NCBI GenBank assembly: GCA_049700215.1
Contig: JBNAVT010000042.1
Coordinates: 1-12,206 of the forward strand
DNA length: 12,206 nt
Reading direction: 5' to 3'
Source: Thermoproteota archaeon
GTDB taxonomy: Archaea > Thermoproteota > EX4484-205 > JAAOZP01
The position numbers were made by a program, and so were the translations under genes. Positions 7,470 through 12,206 of the stretch are shown piece after piece (within the stretch, counting starts at the first letter, position 1; every line of letters starts with the position of its first letter). Under the pieces are notes generated by a model. The model did no database searches, had not been told where the DNA came from, and saw only the letters and a list, made by a program, of their open reading frames with translations.

Positions 7470-7489
7470 TTTTTTTTTAAAAAAAGAAA
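7470..7489. terminator. T9/A7 tract, potential bidirectional oligo-T terminator
   Basis: T9 (7470-7478) directly abuts A7 (7479-7485). On the minus strand TTTCTTTTTTT begins about 10 nt after the TAG at 7499-7501. Confidence 0.55.
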
Positions 7490-7498
7490 CTGGACGAT

Positions 7499-8479
7499 CT
7501 ATTGCATATGAAACTGCCTTACTGAGGCTGCGGCGACCCAACAATAGAATGCTGAAGCATCAAAATATGAAAAATCCCAATAATATGTTACCTGCGTTCC
7601 CTCGGGTGCTGAAAATTGCCTACTACCTACCGTCATCCATTTGCTTAAAGTCACGCTGTAAGCATATAATGTCACGAAAATATTGGGAGGAGAAGCCCAA
7701 ACTTGGATTCCGATTGGTTTGGCAGTGCCTTGTTCACCAATTTCTTCCCATCCCTGCTGGCCGTAGCAGGGATATGTTCCTGCATTCAGATATGGCCCAC
7801 CTGTGTCACTAACATCGGCAGATGCGAGCTCTATAAGACCTAATTAATTTTTAGCTAAAGCAGTTTGTAATGGATTGAACCGTGTTCTGTTGCTGAACAT
7901 GATGATTCGGCGATTCGATAAACCGGGAATCGTGTTTTCTGGCTCTGGCAGCTCCGGTACTGGATAACTACTGGGATTATTAATTAGCGTCTTCTTGTGA
8001 ATGTGTGCTGCTTGTGGCAGCTTTTCCCTAATTACAATTCCCTCCACTACGAATATGCTGACTTTTACCACGTGTTCGCAATCCCTTAACTCAGAAATTG
8101 GTAGTCTAATCTTGTCGATGCTGATTTGAATTTGAGGGTCATTCTCACCCTTGCAGCTTTGACACTTTATGGTGGACCAGACTGGCATGTAAGCAATAGT
8201 TGGACCCAGAACCAATTTCCCTCCCTCTTCTTCAACCGTGTAATTGTACCCCATTAACTTTAAATCACTACCTAGCTCCTTTATCCTGAACTCGGTATTG
8301 ATAGTTATGTAAATTGTAGCATAGTCTCTCTCCACAGTAATCTTAAGAGAGCCTCCAGCGAATTCTTCTTGAATTGCTTCCACTACTTCACGTGGCTGTG
8401 CACCTATCCCTATGCCTACTGATAAGACTGTGAAAACGATAATGATAAGCATTATTCCCCCATATCTTATTCTTCCCAT
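7499..8479 (-). pseudogene. Secreted/surface protein gene (about 326 codons) interrupted by one in-frame TAA at 7844-7846
   Basis: N-terminal signal/TM segment (MGRIRYGGIMLIIIVFTVLSVGIGIGA), a CQSC motif and a Pro-rich linker. After the TAA the same frame stays open for 114 codons (LGLIELASADVSDTGGPY...YYWDFSYFDASAFYCWVAAASVRQFHMQ) to TAG 7499-7501. ATG 8479 has a GGGGGT RBS; ATG 8497 is an alternative start. Confidence 0.7.
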
Positions 8480-8518
8480 CTTACCCCCTACTTTCATCGA
8501 GAGATGTCTAAAGTGCAA

Positions 8519-8532
8519 TATATAAACCTTAT
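8519..8532 (-). promoter_or_regulatory. BRE/TATA promoter of the interrupted secreted-protein gene
   Basis: Minus strand ATAAGG-TTTATATA. Confidence 0.6.
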
Positions 8533-8584
8533 TTCTAGACCTGATTCAGTGTACTATATTCGGCTTGTCTAGAATTCTAGACCT
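8533..8584. repeat. Operator-like repeats: TTCTAGACCT twice (8533-8542, 8575-8584) and perfect 16-bp palindrome GTCTAGAATTCTAGAC (8567-8582)
   Basis: Read directly from the sequence; lies in the intergenic region between divergent genes. Confidence 0.7.
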
Positions 8585-8668
8585 CTAGTGTGCGGAGGTG
8601 GTATTTTAATTTCTTGCTGTTAGTATTGTCGTCTTATATTTGGCTGGATATGCGTATTTCATTATTAT

Positions 8669-8683
8669 GAAAAAATATATAAT
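8669..8683 (+). promoter_or_regulatory. BRE/TATA promoter of the peptidase operon
   Basis: GAAAAAA-TATATAAT lies about 30 nt upstream of ATG 8712. Confidence 0.6.
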
Positions 8684-8711
8684 AGGAAGTTTTAACTTTT
8701 AACTAAAGAAT

Positions 8712-9422
8712 ATGAAAAATGGGGATGTGTATTTAGGGAGGGCTAATATTAAGCAACAGGGGTGGATGATTGAGCAGGCGATTATAGTGACATTGTTGAT
8801 AGCGGTTTTATCGTTAATCTGCGTCACGTTAACCACCGCCCAAGGCGTTAGGTACTATGCAGGATACACTTTTTACGGTTACGAGGGCACTTCACCACCT
8901 TATGGAGTATCCGCCAGAATATATACCATAAATAAGAACGTGCCCACGGGCCATTTCTACGCGCAATGGCCTACTATCATACTCAGTTATGTCTACGGGT
9001 TTTGGGTTCAGGTAGGCTATACTAAAGGTTGGGACACCAACTATCAGCTGACATGGTACGCGGAGAAGAATGACTGGAACGGTTGGGAAATTCACTGGAT
9101 TGGCACCCCGAGCGTTGGGGCCACGTATAATTATTGGATAGAGAGATATGAGAATAGCGACGTCTGGGTCGGCGGTGTCTCTGGCTATTGGATCTGGGAC
9201 TTCGGGACACTTAATCCCAACACGGCGGTGGATTACCAAGCATTCAGCGAAACCACAACCACTGGAATAAATATCGATGGAACGCGCTTCAGCAACCTAT
9301 GCATCCTTAGCTACAATGGGATCGACTGGATCCCTTGGTTTAGGCATGTGCCCAAGCATGATCCTCCTTACTGGCTTACACAAGTCTCCGATTGCGAGTT
9401 TTACGCTTGGGGTGGTGGCTGA
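8712..9422 (+). CDS. Secreted beta-sandwich protein, putative glutamic peptidase (neprosin/G3-like fold with G1-type Q/E dyad)
   Basis: Signal peptide (IIVTLLIAVLSLICVTLTTAQG). Motifs YGVSARI, WVQVGY (Q100), TWYAE, QAFSET (E180), TRFSNL and C-terminal FYAWGGG. Trp/Tyr/Gly-rich. Alternative start ATG 8766. Confidence 0.65.
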   Translation: MKNGDVYLGRANIKQQGWMIEQAIIVTLLIAVLSLICVTLTTAQGVRYYAGYTFYGYEGTSPPYGVSARIYTINKNVPTGHFYAQWPTIILSYVYGFWVQVGYTKGWDTNYQLTWYAEKNDWNGWEIHWIGTPSVGATYNYWIERYENSDVWVGGVSGYWIWDFGTLNPNTAVDYQAFSETTTTGINIDGTRFSNLCILSYNGIDWIPWFRHVPKHDPPYWLTQVSDCEFYAWGGG

Positions 9423-10042
9423 TGACTCGAGTTGGGAATATGCTCCTTATAGTGCTTTTGGCAGTCATGGCTATGGGTGTAATCGTAGGGAACTACATTG
9501 TGCCCAAGCAATCCGCGAACACGGCTCCAGATTCTACTGCATATGAAGCTTCCCCAAGAGGCCCCGCACCCTTCCCCGGTGAGATTGTTCCCCTGGATAC
9601 TGTAGTCAGCCAGCTGGCCAAGAAGGGGTTTACGCTTCACCTGCCCACGAAGACGATGAGGGGAATGAAGCTCACAGCCGTGTGGGCTAAGGTCCTCGAC
9701 GGGCAGGTTAGCTTCCCCATAATAGTGCTCTACAGTGACACTGGAGACAAAGATATTTCAACGGCGGAAATCGCTATAGAAATAGCACCCATGCCTGAAA
9801 TCCCCTTCCGTGTAGTCAACAGCTCAACCGACAGATTCGATAGGGTAGGCGGGTGGATGGCATTCATCTCCAGCAGAGCACCAACGGGTTACAGAGAATA
9901 CTATCTGAAGTATGGCACGGAGTACGCATATCTTGTAGATATAAAGATCGGTCCCTTGAACTATCTCTTTAGGTTCGCACCCGTCTTAACAGAGGAGGAA
10001 ATTATGGAAATCTGTACAAGCATGAAGCCTGCAACTCCATAG
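9422..10042 (+). CDS. Membrane-anchored extracytoplasmic protein (206 aa), DUF4367/RseB-C-like by motif
   Basis: ATG 9422 overlaps the upstream stop (TGATG), with GGTGGTGG RBS at 9411-9418. It has an N-terminal TM helix, a P/S/T linker, GFTLHLPT...GMKL, and a C-terminal amphipathic helix LTEEEIMEICTSMK. Confidence 0.7.
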   Translation: MTRVGNMLLIVLLAVMAMGVIVGNYIVPKQSANTAPDSTAYEASPRGPAPFPGEIVPLDTVVSQLAKKGFTLHLPTKTMRGMKLTAVWAKVLDGQVSFPIIVLYSDTGDKDISTAEIAIEIAPMPEIPFRVVNSSTDRFDRVGGWMAFISSRAPTGYREYYLKYGTEYAYLVDIKIGPLNYLFRFAPVLTEEEIMEICTSMKPATP

Positions 10043-10086
10043 AAATAACTGGAATACGCTTGATTAAGACTCATCCCTGTATGCTG

Positions 10087-11373
10087 CTATTTTAGTATGC
10101 CTACTACTCCTCCAAAGCCCTTGTAGAGCATCACTCCCTCCTCGGTGGCTGTTGATATTAGTTCCAGCTGGATGTTTTTCTGAGAGGCTGTTTCAATGAA
10201 GCGGTCTAAGAGGCTCTCCTTCTCAGCAACATAAAGGCTTGTCGCGCCGCATTTTGGGCATGGTGTCGAGGATATTTTAGCTGGGAGCGTAATCAGCTCT
10301 TGAAACGGGTGTTGCTCAACAGCATCGTAGCCGCATCTGCCGCACTTAATCTTAACCATGAATATGTCGAGAGCCTCTGAGAAAAGTATGAGCCTAACCT
10401 TTCCGCTTTGAACCGCGTTCTCAACCTCTTTAAGCCCGTAGACAACCTTGTCTGGCTCGGTGCTCACAAGCTTAAGGAAGCTGCCTACCAGGTTCCTCTC
10501 CTTTATCAAGTCAAGCTCCTGAAGCTTTTCAGACGCTTTTCCCAGTATCTCCTTTATGCCCTGGTGACCAGTGTATGAAGTGTCCACCACTGTCAGTATC
10601 TTTTTCCTAAGCTCGTAATGAATGAAATCCTTTTCGAGGAACATTTCCTTCGTCGGCCCAGGCCCACCAACTATCAACCCTTTAACATCAGTGTTCTGAA
10701 GATAGATCTCGTTCAGACGCTCAGCGACACGCCTGTAGAAATCGTTTAGCTCCATCTCCCTAAGCCTTTCAAACCTTCTAGCCGACTGGCCTCCCTTGCT
10801 CGTCTTACCAGGGACGCCGGAGGTCAACTCGTCTTTCACGTCAATATTCCTACCCGTTGCGAGGGCAATCGTCGCCTCAGAATTATCAATGGACAGGATT
10901 AGATACTTATCCTTCTTCTCAAGCATCTCTTTAAGAGGCTCAACGTAAAACTTGTCGTCGCAGCCATAGTATGAGAGAGTTATTTTCTCAGGAGGCTCTA
11001 TCACGTGGATCTCAATGTTCTCCGAACCAGGAGCTTCTCCCGGGATGGCTCCGCAGAATATGACGAGCCCGTTTTCAGGAGCCTCGTCGTAGAGCTTAAG
11101 CCTCTGCTGAACCCTTACTATAGCGTCCTGAACATTCTTCCTCGTTGTTCTAGACTTAATGTTAGACGCCTTCCCATACTCCTCCCTGAGGTTCGTCATC
11201 ACCTCGCTTATCCGTCTCCCCGGGGGTATGTAGAGGCTAATCAGCTCCGTTCCACGACCCCTTTTTTCAGAGAGCTCTCTAAGAGTCCTCCTCGAAATAT
11301 ACTCCTTCACCGAGGTTGCAAGTGTTTTTCCGCTCAAAACAGGGTTCTCCAGGGAGACCTCGCTAAACCCCAT
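10087..11373 (-). CDS. prf1: Peptide chain release factor aRF1
   Basis: Motifs GRGTELISLYIPP, ASNIKS, YGCD, KGGQSARRF and a C-domain zinc-ribbon insert (CGRCG...CPKCG). The true start may be TTG 11337. Confidence 0.98.
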   Translation of the reverse strand: MGFSEVSLENPVLSGKTLATSVKEYISRRTLRELSEKRGRGTELISLYIPPGRRISEVMTNLREEYGKASNIKSRTTRKNVQDAIVRVQQRLKLYDEAPENGLVIFCGAIPGEAPGSENIEIHVIEPPEKITLSYYGCDDKFYVEPLKEMLEKKDKYLILSIDNSEATIALATGRNIDVKDELTSGVPGKTSKGGQSARRFERLREMELNDFYRRVAERLNEIYLQNTDVKGLIVGGPGPTKEMFLEKDFIHYELRKKILTVVDTSYTGHQGIKEILGKASEKLQELDLIKERNLVGSFLKLVSTEPDKVVYGLKEVENAVQSGKVRLILFSEALDIFMVKIKCGRCGYDAVEQHPFQELITLPAKISSTPCPKCGATSLYVAEKESLLDRFIETASQKNIQLELISTATEEGVMLYKGFGGVVGILK

Positions 11374-11389
11374 ATATTAATATTTCACT
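11374..11389. promoter_or_regulatory. Palindromic TATA element between prf1 and pyrH
   Basis: ATATTAATAT (11374-11383) is self-complementary. The minus strand reads GTGAAA-TATTAATA. It lies about 30 nt upstream of the pyrH ATG. Confidence 0.5.
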
Positions 11390-11410
11390 CCCTGGGGGAA
11401 TAAGGGAGAA

Positions 11411-12103
11411 ATGAGGATCGTGTTGAAAATAGGGCACGCTCTCTTCAAGGGGCGTTCGATAGACCTGGAGAAGATTCGAGGCACTGCTGACGCGGTCCTA
11501 AGGTTGCACAACGCGGGGCATAGGGTGGTTGTTGTAGTGGGTGGCGGTGAGCCCAGCAGGACCTACATAAAGGCGGCTAGAAGCCTCGGGGCGGACCACG
11601 CTACTTGCGATGAGATAGGAATAATGGTCACCCGGCTGAACGCCCTCCTGCTCTCCATAGCTTTTGGAGAGGCCGCGAGCAGGAACATTATAAGCGGCTT
11701 TGAAGATCTTGAGAAACAGCTGGACGCGGCTGGGAGTAAAATAATTGTCGGGGGAGGCTTCACGCCGGCGCAGTCGACAGACGCTGTAGCCGCGCTAATA
11801 GCTGAAAGAATGAAAGCCGATCTTCTGATAAAGACTACTGACGTCGACGGCGTTTACAACGCTGATCCTGATGAAAACCCGAATGCAAAACTGCTTAGAG
11901 AAGTAAGCATAAGAAGGCTCAGGAAAATACTTAGCAAGGGGGAGTCGAAGCCAGGGGAATACAGGCTTCTAGACCAGGTTTCCCTTTCGATACTTGAAAG
12001 GTCAAGAATACCGGTTGTAATCGTAAACGGTTCTGACCCTGAAAACATCATTAGAGCAGCCTCAGGGGAGAAAGTAGGCACGAGAATAACCTATTCCGGA
12101 TGA
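11411..12103 (+). CDS. pyrH: Uridylate kinase (archaeal UMP kinase)
   Basis: Motifs IVLKIG, VVVGGG, DEIGIMVTRLNA, PAQSTDAVAA, TDVDGVYNADP, LLDQVS, VGTRI. Confidence 0.96.
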   Translation: MRIVLKIGHALFKGRSIDLEKIRGTADAVLRLHNAGHRVVVVVGGGEPSRTYIKAARSLGADHATCDEIGIMVTRLNALLLSIAFGEAASRNIISGFEDLEKQLDAAGSKIIVGGGFTPAQSTDAVAALIAERMKADLLIKTTDVDGVYNADPDENPNAKLLREVSIRRLRKILSKGESKPGEYRLLDQVSLSILERSRIPVVIVNGSDPENIIRAASGEKVGTRITYSG

Positions 12104-12206
12104 ACAATATTCGTAGCGCACGCTATGTTTATGACTATCCTGAGAGGATGATTGAAAGTTTCAGTGCGTGACAACCCGTGATATTTAAACTTCGGAAATT
12201 TTCGCT

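Noticed and set aside
7549-7812. 87-aa plus-strand ORF
   Set aside because: It is antisense to the longer, more protein-like minus-strand continuation of the interrupted gene.
7844-7846. Selenocysteine/pyrrolysine recoding of the internal stop
   Set aside because: The codon is TAA, not TGA or TAG, and TAA terminates other genes in this window.
10043-10086. att direct repeat of the tRNA-Trp 3' end
   Set aside because: No convincing match to 7120-7146, and no integrase or transposase is present, so no mobile element is called.
1-12206. CRISPR array, rRNA or IS element
   Set aside because: No regularly spaced repeats, rRNA-like sequence or transposase motifs were seen.

Overview
Archaeal chromosomal window, probably TACK-type (inferred from TFE, aTrm56, aMBF1, NAC, aRF1 and a two-intron tRNA). 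A minus-strand housekeeping block (Lrp/AsnC ligand-binding protein, nac, mbf1, trm56, tfe, HD protein, tRNA-Lys(UUU)) and a divergent prf1/pyrH pair alternate with two accessory tracts, each 3' of a tRNA gene. Tract 1 (1-3768) holds the C-terminal part of a very large protein, open past the left edge and ending in a lower-GC PD-(D/E)XK nuclease domain (polymorphic-toxin-like), plus a convergent acidic hypothetical gene. Tract 2 (7147-10086) follows tRNA-Trp(CCA), which has a D-loop intron at 15/16 and a 37/38 intron carrying a box C/D-like guide for its own C34. Tract 2 contains a secreted neprosin/eqolisin-like glutamic peptidase candidate with a Q/E dyad, translationally coupled to a membrane-anchored partner. 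It also contains a divergent secreted-protein gene interrupted by one in-frame TAA, and palindromic TCTAGA-based sites between the two promoters. All family calls come from motif recognition by eye; no searches were run.
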